Source of the DNA: Mobula birostris
Lineage: Eukaryota
NCBI RefSeq assembly: GCF_030028105.1
Contig: NC_092374.1
Coordinates: 8,546,998 to 8,610,997 of the forward strand
DNA length: 64,000 nucleotides
Reading direction: 5' to 3'
This document shows positions 51,211 through 62,049 of the stretch, piece after piece. Made by a program: the position numbers and the translations under genes. The first letter of the stretch is position 1. Every line of letters begins with the position of its first letter. The notes below the pieces were generated by a model. The model searched no databases, was not told where the DNA came from, and saw only the letters and a list, made by a program, of their open reading frames with translations.

Positions 51211-52328
51211 GTAGGTGTTTTCCATTGTCCTCATTATCTCCTTGTTCGGGTGTCCGCTGTGGCAGCTCTGCAGGTGTTTGAGCATTGTATCACACAGAGG
51301 GAGTGAGAGGTTGGTGGGAAACTGTCCAACCGTAAGCGCTCCTGACTGATCCGCTTTCTTGACACACTGCACACCCTCTGGTGGAGGTGATCTGATGGCC
51401 GGACAGTTGGAGAAACACACACATATAGATCCCAGGGTTTTGTACCCCAGAGTGGAACCCTCGATAAACAGGAGGGAAGGCGGCTGTTGGTCGATGGCGG
51501 AGGATTGGGCGTTGAGTTTAAACAGATCAGCCGGCATCTTATTCAATGGCGGTGAGATCTAGCGGTGCCGAGTGGCCTCCTGCTTCTAATTCACACCCCG
51601 GATGATCTCCTTACAGTTAAGGAGGTCGGAGGGATTCCTAGTTGGGAGAAGGGGAGGTGGGCAGTTAAAATTATGAGAGTTTGGATTGTGGGAGACTCTT
51701 CCCATTGGTGGGCGTGGTAGGAAATTACGTCGCAGAATGACAGTTAATCGGTAGATAACTAAACTACAGCATTGCTCGGATGCATTCTTCCCACCCTGCC
51801 TGTGTTCGGAGTGAAACGTGGGACCGGCGTAGGAAGTGGGCGTTGAAAAGGGGAGCGGGAAAAGGAATTCGTGGGGCTGTGGATAGAGGATGGGGGAATG
51901 GGACTGGGTGGGTTGTTCTCACACACGGGCAGTATGAAACCAATGGGCTGAATGTCCCCCTACCCTGCTGTAAGCTTTCCGTCACTCCGAGGGAATTCTT
52001 AGAACTCTGCTGTCCGTAACCGGTGTCCCAGAATTTCCAATCAGTTCCCCTCTGAAGGATTGCAAAAGCCAGCAGATTCCGGGAACAGACAATTACGAAC
52101 CCTCGAAACCCCGACTGGCTTCCAGCATGTAACCCACTCCCGGGTATCCGTTATTATACATATAACCGTCACTCCCACACCTCCACCACGTCAGATCCCG
52201 GGTACCCGTTACCAGACATATGACGCTCACTCCCGCACCCCTGCCACGTCACTCCGCAGCCTTTATCCTACTCCCGCTGTCCGTTATTGTACACATAACC
52301 ACCACCCGAACCCCTCCTACGCTAAACC

Positions 52329-52577
52329 TGTCACCCGGTGCGGGTATGGCCCAAGTGCGGAGTGAGAGAATCTGTAACAGGTCGACAGTTCACAGACTTT
52401 AATGCGAAAGGGAAAAGAAAACAATAAACACTAGGCCAAACGGGGTCGTTAACTAAAACTCTCAGATGGAAAACGAAAGCCTACACGGCGGCTGAAAAGA
52501 AGTACTAAGAACGACACGTGCATATTCACCCGCGGAATTGCCGCATCTGTTGCGCTGCAGAATCCGTGGTTGTGACA
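52329..52577. mobile_element. 249-bp solo LTR or short TIR element
   Basis: Termini TGTCAC...GTGACA; perfect 5-bp TSD AAACC at 52324-52328 and 52578-52582. Confidence 0.75.
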
Positions 52578-52599
52578 AAACCACAACCTGAAAAAAAAC

Positions 52600-54830
52600 A
52601 CACTAAACAATTACCATCAACAGATCACTTGCAATACCAGAGGAAACATCACACTGGGCCATTGCTACACCACCATCAAGAATGCCTACCGTGCGATTCC
52701 ACGCCCTCACTTCGGGAAGTCTGATCACCTGGCTGTACTTCTACTCCCTAAGTATAGGCAGAGACTGGGGACTGCAGCACCAGCAGCGAGGACCAAGAAG
52801 GTGTGGACAAGGGAGGCACAGGAGCGCTTACAGGACTGCTTTGAATCGGCGGACTGGACTGTATTCAGGAATTGATCTTCGAATCTGGATGAGTATGCTG
52901 CAGTTGTTACCGACTTCATTAAAACCTGTGTGGATGACTGTGTGCCTACAAAGACTTGCTGTGCATTCCCAAACCAAAAGCTGTGGAGGTACGCCGTCTG
53001 CTGAAGGCTAGATCTGTGGCTTTCAAGTCTGGCGACTGAGGTCTGTACCAGAAAGCCAGGTATGACTTGCGGAGGTCTATTTCAACGGCGAAGAGACAAT
53101 TTCGAACGAAGTTGGAAGTGACATCGGATGCACGGCAACTCTGGAAGGGTCTGCAAGACATCACTTCCTACAAAGCGAAACCCAAGTAGAATGAATGGCA
53201 GCGATGCCTCACTACCAGATGAACTCAACACCTTCTATGCCCACTTTGAGAGGGAGAACACAACTACAGCTGTGAAGATCCTTGCTGTACCTGATGACTG
53301 CGTGATCTCTGTCTCGGGTGCGAATATTAGGCTGTCTTTATATAGGGTGAAACCCCGCAAGGCGGAAGATCCTGATGGAATACCTTGTAAAGCTTTGAAA
53401 ATTTGTGCCAACCAACTGGCGGAAGTATTGAAGGACATTTTCAAGCTTTCACTGCCAAGGGCGGAAATTCCCACTTGCTTCAAAAATGCAACAATTTTCC
53501 CAGTGCCTAGGAAGAATAGTGTGAGCTGCCTTAATGACTGTCACCCAGTAGCATTCACATCTACAGTGATGAAATGCTTTGACAGGTTGGTCATGACTAG
53601 ACTGAACTCCTGCCTCAGTAAAGACCTGGACTCATTGCAATTTGCCTATCGCCACAATAGGTTAATGGCAGACGCAATCTCAGTAGCTCTTCAGACGGCC
53701 TTAGACCACCTGGACAATGCAAACACTTATGTTAAGATGCTGTTCATCTACTATAATCAGCATTTAATACCATCGTTCCCACAATCCTGTCTGATAAGTT
53801 ACAGAACCTGGGCCTCTGTACCTCCATCTGCAATTGGATCCTCGACTTCCTAACCGGAAGTCCATAATTTGTGTGGATTGGTGATACTATCTTCTCCTTG
53901 CTGACGATCAACACTCAGGGGTGTGTGCTTAGCCCACTGCTCTACTCTCTCTATACCCATGTCTGTGTGGCTAGGCATAGCTTAAATGCCATCTATAAAT
54001 TTGCTGATGAATCAACCATTGTTGGTAGAATCTCAGGTGGTGATGAGAGGGCGTCCAGGAGTGAGATATACCAATTAGTGGACTGGTGTCAGAGCAATAA
54101 CCTTGGACTCAACGTCAGTAAGACGAAAGAGCTAATTGTGGACTTCAGGAAGGCTAAGACGAAGGAACACATACCAATCCTCATAGAGGGATTATGAGTG
54201 GAGAGAGTGAGCAGTTTCAAGTTCCTGGGTGTCCAGATCTCTGAGGATCTAACCTGGTCCCAAAACATTGTTGTAGTTATAAAGAAGGCAAGACAGCAAC
54301 TATACTTCATTACGAGTTTGAAGAGATTTGGTATGTCAACAAATACACTAAAAAAATCTTCTGTAGATGTGCTGTAGAGAGCATTCTGACCAGGCTGCAT
54401 CACTGCCTGGTATGGGGGCGGGGTGGGGGGGGGGTGGGGTTACGGAACAGGACCGAAAGAAGCTGCAGAGGGTTGTAAATCTAGTCAGCTCCATCTTGGG
54501 TACTAGCCTACAAAGTACCCAGGACTTCTTCAAGGAGCGGTGTCTCAGGAAGGCAGTGTCCATTATTAACGACCCCCAGCACCCAGGGCATGCCTTTTTC
54601 TCACTGTTACCATTAGGTAGGAGGTACAGAAGCCTGAAGGCACACACTCTGAGACTCAAGAACAGCTTCTTCCCCTCTGCCATCCGATTCCTAAACGGAC
54701 AATGAACCCGTGAACACTACTTCAATGTTTTTGCACAATTTTAATATATTCAATATACATATACTGTAATTGTTTTACTTATTTATTTATACTGTTTTCT
54801 TCTATATTTTGTATTGCATTGAACTGCTGC
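52600..54830 (+). mobile_element. Rex1/Babar-type LINE, near-complete but disrupted ORF (end of APE domain plus RT)
   Basis: HCYTTIKNAY...HFGKSDH; DGIP...VPRK...TVMKCF; QGCVLSPLLY...KFADE; SFFPSAIRFLN; stops and frameshifts. Confidence 0.92.
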
Positions 54831-54834
54831 TGCT

Positions 54835-56530
54835 GCGTTAGCACATGCAGGAGATGAGGCTTAATCAAAGCCAGTGGCATGAATTACAGAGCAATAGAGG
54901 CGTGGTGCAGTTAAAACAGAATGCAACAAATACTGGACTGAGAGTGTTGTATTTGAATGCACGCAGCATAAGAAATACAATGGACGATCTTGAAATTCAG
55001 CAACAGATTGCCAAATATGACAATGTGGCCATCCCTGAAACTTGGCTAAAGGATGGCTGCCATTGGGAGCTGAACGTCCAAGCATATACAGTATATCAGA
55101 AGGATAGGTTAGTAGGCAGAGGGGGTGGTGTAGCCTTGTGTATAAGAAATAATATTAAACCATTGGAAAGAGATGACATAGGATTGGAAGGTGTAGAGTA
55201 TCTTTGGATTGAATTAAGAAATGACAAGGGTAAAAGGACCCTAATGTAAATTGTATACAGGCCTCCAAACAGCAGCGGGATGTGGATTATAAATTACAGC
55301 AGGAGATAGAAAAACCATGTCAGAAGGGCAATGTTATGATAATAGTTGGGGATTTTAACATGAAAGTGGATTAGGAAAACTAGGTCAGTACTGGACCTCA
55401 AGAGGGAAAAAATGAAATCCAATGTGTCGGTATTTCAATGGAATAAAGGAAATTACAATGGCATGAGAGGGGAACTGGCCGAAGTTGATTGGAAAGGGAC
55501 ATTTGCAGAGCAGCAATGGCTGGAGTTTCTGCGTAAAATGAGGGAAGTGCAAGTCAGATATATTCCAAATAATTTTCAAGGGGAAGAAGGACACTACCGT
55601 GGCTGACAAATGAAGTCAGAGGCAAAGTAAAAGCAAAAGAGAGGGCATACAAGGAAGCCAGAACTAGTGGGATGATTGGGAAGCTTTTAACAACTTGCAG
55701 AAGGAAGCTAAGAATGTCATTTGGAAGGAAAAGATGAATTATGAGAGAAAGCTGGCGACTAATATCAAAGAAGATATCAAAAGCTTTTTTTTTAATATAT
55801 AAAGGGTAAAAGAGAGTCGAGGGTAAATATAGGACCAATACAAAATAACGCTGGAGATATTGTAATGAGAGATGCAGGGATGGCAGAGGAACTCAATGCG
55901 TATTTTGCATCAGTCTTCACAGTAGAAAACGTCTGCAGTATACCAGACATTCAAGAATATTAGGGAACTGAAGTTTGTGCAGTGAAAATTGCGACCGAGA
56001 AGGTGCTCAGGAAGCTTAATGGTTTGAGGGTGGATAAACCTCCTGAACCTCGTGGAATGCACCTTCGGGTTCTGAAGGAAGAAGCTAGAGAGATTGCGGG
56101 GGCATTAACGATGATCTTTCAAGAATTGATAGATTTTGGCATTGTACCGGATGACTGGAAAATTGCAAATGTTACTTGGTTATTTAAGAAGGGTGGGATG
56201 CAGCTGTTAGCCTGACACCAGTGGTTGGGAAGTTGTTGGAATCGATTGTTAGGTATGAGATTACGGAATTTCTGGAGGCACATAACAAGATAGGCTAAAG
56301 CCAGCATGGTTTCCTGAAAGGAAAATCCTGCCTGACAAACTTACTGCAACTCTTTGAGGTAATTACAGCTGGATAGACAAAAAAGATGCAGTAGACGTGG
56401 TGTATTTGGATTTTCAGAAGGCCTTTGACAAGGTGCCGCACATGAGTCTGCTGAGCAAGATAAGGGCCCATGGAATTACAAGGAAGTTACTAGAGTGGGT
56501 GGAGCATTGGCTGATCGGCAGAAAACAGAA
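54835..56530 (+). mobile_element. CR1 LINE ORF2 5' half (APE plus N-terminal RT), disrupted
   Basis: LYLNARSIRN, GRGGGVAL, VGDFN, WKIANVT.LFKKG, SQHGFLKGKSCLTNLL, YLDFQKAFDKVPH. Confidence 0.9.
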
Positions 56531-57489
56531 AGTCCTTTAACCTAATATCTGGTTTGTTTCTTTCTTGATTAATTAATTGGTAGTTTTTCCTACTAATAGG
56601 GCTTCTTTTTATATATATATTTAGGGGAGGGTTCAATTACTTATAATATTACTAGTTGGTATTTTTGAAAATTTAGTTGGGTTAAATATACTATTAACTT
56701 TTTTCTGCTTTATTATAGCGCCTTATAACCGAATTTAAAGCTTTTCTTTAGGGATTTAATGTTAAATTTAAAAATGGCACTGTTTTTTCTTTGTAACACA
56801 TAACATTATGTCGGTTCTTTCTTGTTTAAAAAGAAGATTAAATATAAACATGGGATATTTTGTAGATGCTGGAATGTAAACACTTTCTTTTATTGAGATT
56901 TTGTCGTTTCTCTTACAAGGTCAGTGGGTTTTGTTTTTTTTTAACTAGGGGGAGGGAGAGAGAATCTTTTAAAGTTATTTTGTAAAGACAGAGCAGTCCC
57001 TGGCTTCGTATTCTATCATAGTGTACCTGCTGTTTTTCGGACTATGGGGGGAAGGGGGTGGTGTTAGAGTTAGGGTTTTTTCCCCATTGGGTGATCCCGG
57101 AGCATGCGTGCTTTCTATGTGGTCGTAGTCTTCATTGCCGCCATTTTTGATCATCCAGTATTAGTATGTGCTCTGCGCATGTGTAAAGTAGAATAAAATT
57201 ATAGTACAGTATTGTATTTAAACGGATTAATGTAATAAATTGGAATGTATGTGGTTGGAATCATCCTATCAAACGAAAAAAAGACTTTTAAAATCATTAA
57301 CCGATTCCAACCTGATATAATTTTTGCCCAAGAGACACATATCAGGACGGGAGATCAAAATAGATTTTTTTGGATGATGGAGGGGTTTGAAGTTTCACTC
57401 CACTTCTTAGAGTAAAACTAAGGGCATGTCTATCTTTATTAAATCCAATATCTTTACTCAAGAAGATAATGAGTCTGATTTTAATGGTA

Positions 57490-57699
57490 ACAGTCACAAC
57501 ACGCTGAAGGAACTCAGCAGGTCGGGCAGCATCTGTGGAAAAGATCGGTCGATGTTTCGGGCCGGAACCCTTCATCAGTCCAGGTTCCGGCCCGAAACGT
57601 CGACCGATCTTTTCCACGATGCTGCCCGACCTGCCGAGTTCTTCCAGCGTGTTGTGAGTGTTGCTTTGACTCCTGCATCTGCAGATTATTTTGTATTTT
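57490..57699. mobile_element. 210-bp palindromic Penelope-like tail insertion in L1
   Basis: ~75-bp inverted arms 57494-57569 and 57583-57657; 14-bp TSD TGATTTTAATGGTA at 57476-57489 and 57700-57713. Confidence 0.85.
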
Positions 57700-58108
57700 T
57701 GATTTTAATGGTAGATTTTTAATTGTTAAAGGAGTAATTTGTAACAGAAAAGTTGTTTTAGTCAATTTGTACAGTCCTAACTTAGATAATCCTTCTTTTT
57801 TTTAAAAAAGGTATTTGCTTTATTGCCTGATTTAAATGAATATATGTTAATAATGGGTGGGGATTTTAACTGTTGTTTAAATTCTTTGATTGACAAGAGC
57901 TCAACCAATCAGCGACTTCCAAATCGCTCCGCGTCACTTATTAACTCCTTTTTGACTGATTTTGGATTGATTGAATTATGGAGTTATCTACACCCTGATA
58001 ACAGAGAATATTCTTTCCTTTCAAATGTTTATAAAAATATTCTAAAAAGATTATATTATAATCGATCCTCGCTTCTTGCGTAGTCTTAAAAATTGTGAAT
58101 ATGACGCT

Positions 58109-58168
58109 GTAACGAAAAGCAATTCCCCCCGGGATCAATAAGGTATGACTATGACTCTGACTATGACT
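58109..58168 (+). mobile_element. 60-bp extreme 3' tip of the (TATGAC)n-tailed Rex1-type family inserted in L1
   Basis: GTAACGAAAAGCAATTCCCCCCGGGATCAATAAGG(TATGAC)n matches ~5138-5193; splits the L1 sequence NCEYDA|IAISDHAPL. Confidence 0.8.
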
Positions 58169-59703
58169 ATTGCTATATCTGATCATGCGCCTCTGAGTTT
58201 GTCTTTTGAATTTGATGATGTCATTCTTGTTCTCCCACCATGGCGCATGTCTCAGACCTTATTGCAAAACTCCGACTTTGTCAGTTTCATTGAAACCCAG
58301 ATAAAAGAAATTTTTCTTTTTAATGATATAGGGGGTACGTCTAAATTAATCATATGGGATACATTTAAAGCATTTTTACATGGTCAGATCATTTCTTATT
58401 CAGCTAAGCTTAAAACAGAGTAAAGTAGAATTAGATAAGATTTCAAAACAAATTAAAGACTTAGATAATATTTGTTCAATTTCCCCTAATACTGATTTAT
58501 TCAAACAAAGGGTGGAACTCCAATCACAATATAATCTATTATTAACTCATCATATTGAAGGCTATTTGCTTCAGTTAAATAGCCAATTTTATATGTTTGG
58601 AGATAAAAATAATAGACTGCTTGTATCTCAATTAAAAATGGCTAGAGCCAAAAGGCAAATTTTGAAAATCCGTAGGAAAGATGGTACCCTGGCTTGGGAA
58701 TATAAAGAAATTAATAAGATTTTTCAAGATTTTTATGCTGAACTTTATAAATCTCAATATCTAGTAGATTCTTCTAAAATGAATGCTTTCTTACGAAAGA
58801 TTGCTTTTCCTAAAATTTCTGTTGAGAATCAAAAAACTCTTGATGCCCAAGTTACTGAAGCCGAAATTCATTAAGCTATTTTTTCAATGCAGTCTGGTAA
58901 GGCCCTTGGACTTGATGGCTGTCCTGTAGAATTTTATAAAAAATTTGGAAAATTGCTTTCTCCGTATACGTTGGAAATGCTTCAGGATTCTTTTGTGAAA
59001 GGTGATTTACCCTCTACTTTTAATGAAGCTTCTATTTCTTTAATTCTTAAAAAGGACAAAGATCCTACTGATTGCGCCTCATATAGACTTATTTCCTTAT
59101 TGAATGTCGATGCCAAGATTCTGTCAAAGATAATGACCAATCGGTTGGACAACATTTTGGGTAAAATTTCTTTTAAAGATCAAACAGGCTTTATAAAGTG
59201 TTGTATTCTTTTTCAAATGTTCGGAGATTATCTAACATTATATATTCGTCCTCTTTTAAAACTCCACAATGCGTCGTCTCTTTGGATGCTGAAAAAGCGT
59301 TCGATAGAGTCTAATGGAAATATTTATTTAATGTTTTAGAGAAATTTGTCTTTGGTGTTAATTTTAATAATTGGATTAGAGTGATATATAGAACTCCTAT
59401 TGCAACTGTTATTACTAATAACTGTAGGTCTCCTTTTTCAGCCTTTTGTTATTTAATTTAATATTAGAATCCCTTGCTATTGCTCTTCGTGAAGCTAAAG
59501 AATTTATAGGATTTCTGTAAATGTGACCATTCATAAGATTTCTTTTTACGCTGACAATTTACTGGTTTATATATACAATCCCGAGGAATCTATTCCTGCC
59601 TTGCTAAAATTATTTAATGAATTTGGAAACTTTTTCAGGATATAAAATAAACTGTTTCCTTTAAATGAATCTGTTTCTATATATGATAATACTCCTTTCA
59701 AAG

Positions 59704-60250
59704 TCACGCAAACACGAGGAATTCTGCAGATGCTGGAAATTCAAGCAACACACATCAAAGTTGCTGGTGAACGCAGCAGGCCAGGCAGCATCTCTAGGAA
59801 GAGGTACAGTCGACGTTTCAGGCCGAGACCCTTCGTCAGGACTAACTGAAGGAAGAGATAGTAAGAGATTTGAAAGTGGGAGGGGGAGGGGGAGATCCAA
59901 AATGATAGGAGAAGACAGGAGGGGGAGGGATGGAGCCAAGAGCTGGACAGGTGACTGGCAAAAGGGATATGAGAGGATCATGGGACAAGAGGCACAGGGA
60001 GAAGGAAAAGGGCGGGGGGGGGTGAACCCAGAGGTTGGGCAAGGTGTATAGTCAGAGGGACAGAGGGAGAAAAAGAAGAGTGAGAGAAAGAATGTGTGTA
60101 TATAAGTAAGATGAAGCCACACTCAGGTTGGAGAAACAACACCTTATATTCCGTCTGGGTAGCCTCCAACCTGATGGCATGAACATTGAATTCTCTAACT
60201 TCCACCAATGCCCCACCTCCCCCTCGTACCCCATCCGTTAAGTATTTATT
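59704..60250 (-). mobile_element. Penelope-like element 3' end with 5' inversion (tail on minus 59704-60109; ORF end on plus 60110-60250)
   Basis: Plus piece reads DEATLRLEKQHLIFRLGSLQPDGMNIEFSNFH; minus piece carries the 3' tail and hammerhead. Confidence 0.8.
59808..59843 (-). ncRNA. Minimal type I hammerhead ribozyme motif (Penelope-associated)
   Basis: Minus strand AGUC-CUGACGA-AGG.GUCUCGG.CCU-GAA-ACGU-C-GACU: helix I agUc/gAcu, intact core, helix II AGG/CCU, palindromic loop-less helix III ACGU, GUC cleavage triplet. Confidence 0.75.
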
Positions 60251-60269
60251 TAGATATGACAGTTATTTC

Positions 60270-60545
60270 CCATGGTAGGGAATTCTGAAGCGGAGAAATT
60301 AGTCAGAGGGTGGTAAATCTGTGGAATTTGTTGCCACGAGCGGCTGTGGAGGCCAAGTCATTGGGTGCATGTAAGGCAGAGATAGATAAGTAGTTGATTT
60401 GCCAGGGCATCAAAGGGTATGGGGAGAAGGCAGGGGAGTAGGGGCGACTGGGAAGAGTTGAATGAGCCCGTGTTTGAATGGCGAAGCAGGCCCGATGGGC
60501 CGAATGGCCTGCTTCTGCTCCTATTTATTATGGTCTTATGCCGTT
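60270..60545 (+). mobile_element. CR1 3' end fragment
   Basis: SQRVVNLWNLLP..AVEAKSLG; GATGGGCCGAATGGCCTGCTTCTGCTCC; (TATGGTCT) tail. Confidence 0.8.
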
Positions 60546-60697
60546 GATAATAAACCGGAATCTGAGTCTGTATGTATATGAGAACCAGACTCACCGATAT
60601 GTTACGATACCACGTGGGACTACAGCCAAGGATCCCGTTCAATTTTCTTCTGAAACTCTGTTCATCAGCTGTTTCAATATTGATCTCTCTACCCCCA

Positions 60698-60701
<4 letters not shown>

Positions 60702-60738
<37 letters not shown>
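60702..60738. repeat. (CT)n microsatellite ~50 nt upstream of the V-exon acceptor
   Basis: Direct reading. Confidence 0.95.
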
Positions 60739-60740
<2 letters not shown>

Positions 60741-60785
60741 GCACATACTCAAGCGATTTTTGTCTGTTTGTCTCTCTATCTGCAG

Positions 60786-61166
60786 ACTATTCGAAGCATG
60801 GTTGGTCAATATCCGGCGTTGATGTGGTCTCTGCGGTGGAAGGGGCCTCCGCTGTGTTACCGTGTACTTTCACCCACTCACCCACTGACGTCGCCTTGAA
60901 CGGCTCCGTGAACTGGTACAAGATAGAATCAGGTGCTAGTAAACAGGTTTTTAACTGCACATTTTTCGGTTCCGGCCGCGCCGGGTGCAATACGACACAG
61001 GAGGCTGGAGGAGGGCGGTTCGGATTCGTGGGGAACCTCAGTCGGAGAGATGCCTCGATAATGGTGCAGCGTCTGAACCGGAGTGACGGTGGTCGGTATC
61101 GGTGCCGGCTGGAGCTCAATATAGCCAAACTTCAAACGGCAGTTCTAACAGAACTCTCTGTGAGAG
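60786..61166 (+). CDS. siglec15: Ig V-set exon of a Siglec-15-like protein (381 nt, phase 1-1)
   Basis: Acceptor tctctctatctgcag|AC and donor AGAG|gtgagg. Translation WSISGVDVVSAVEGASAVLPCTFTH...VNWY...QVFNC...C...GRFGFVGNLSRRDASIMVQRLNRSDGGRYRCRLEL parallels SIGLEC15 AVLPCTFTH / QVFRC / GRFRLLGN / RYFCRVEF as I recall it. Orthology versus a paralogue is not established. Confidence 0.85.
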
Positions 61167-61663
61167 GTGAGGACCAAATTTCAGGTACTGTAGTTGTCTC
61201 GGAGCGCACGGACCACAGGATCTCCATGGTCCAAACCTGATCAATAAATGTGGGAGCGAAGTATCGGGGACCCTGATCCGGATCCCTCTCCGGTGAATCC
61301 TGCTGGGCAGTGTGCTTGGGGAACTGCATGAAACGTTGGCTCTGGTATATTTGTTCGGGCTGTTTGATATAAAAGTATTGCAGCTTTATAAAACTTTGGA
61401 GAACCGACGTTCGGAGATTTCTGTGCTGATCTAGGAGCTACATTAGAGGAAGGGTATGGAAGCGTTGGAGAGTATTCAGAAGGTGTTCAATGTAATGGAA
61501 AGTGGTAAGGAACAGGAGAAGTTGGACAATATTGGTTTCTTTTATCAAGAGTAGGAAAAGGGAGAGGAGTGGCCGATCTGATAGTAGATAAAACTCTAAG
61601 AATAGAGACAGAGTGTAGAGTCAGGGACTTTGTCAAATGACCGAATATTTTCCTTCCTTGCAG

Positions 61664-61828
61664 TAAACATTCTCACTCCGACGGAAATCCAGGAACTCTC
61701 CTGTATTTACCCGGTGCCCAGAAAATCGACAATCTCTTCCCCACCTCCAGAAAACGAAGCAGCAGAATTATAAAAACCAACAGTTCAGGGGAACAGAGAA
61801 GGCAAACACTTGAGTGTATTGCTTTCAG
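61664..61828 (+). other. Candidate third exon (165 nt, phase 1-1, Pro/Ser/Thr/Glu-rich stalk) containing an in-frame TAA at 61771-61773
   Basis: Acceptor tattttccttccttgcag and donor TCAG|gtaaaa; reads VNILTPTEIQELSCIYPVPRKSTISSPPPENEAAEL*KPTVQGNREGKHLSVLLS. Confidence 0.45.
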
Positions 61829-62049
61829 GTAAAATGCGAGAAAGTTTAAAGAGGTTTAGACTGGCAGTTTTTTTTCGTTCACAGAGAGTGGAATATCGAA
61901 AGTAAAACAGCAGGGTACAGGAGTAGACCGTTTGGTTCGCCAGTCTGTGCGACCATGTCGGCGAATTAAATCCGATCGAACCGCACATGACCACATCCTT
62001 CCAAAGCTTGCATATTCACGTTCGTATCCAAAACTGCCATATCTGGCAG

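Larger units (their letters stand above)
56535..59703 (+). mobile_element. L1-clade LINE (inter-ORF region, ORF2 APE and RT), disrupted and 3'-truncated
   Basis: INWNV.GWNHPIKRKK...QETH; MGGDFNC; ISDHAPL; KALGLDG.PVEFYK; YRLISLLNVDAKILSK; FYADNLL. Confidence 0.9.

Noticed and set aside
60572-61240. 222-aa ORF as a single-exon gene
   Set aside because: The N-terminal LSLSLS stretch is the (CT)n microsatellite. Splice sites delimit the real V exon at 60786-61166.
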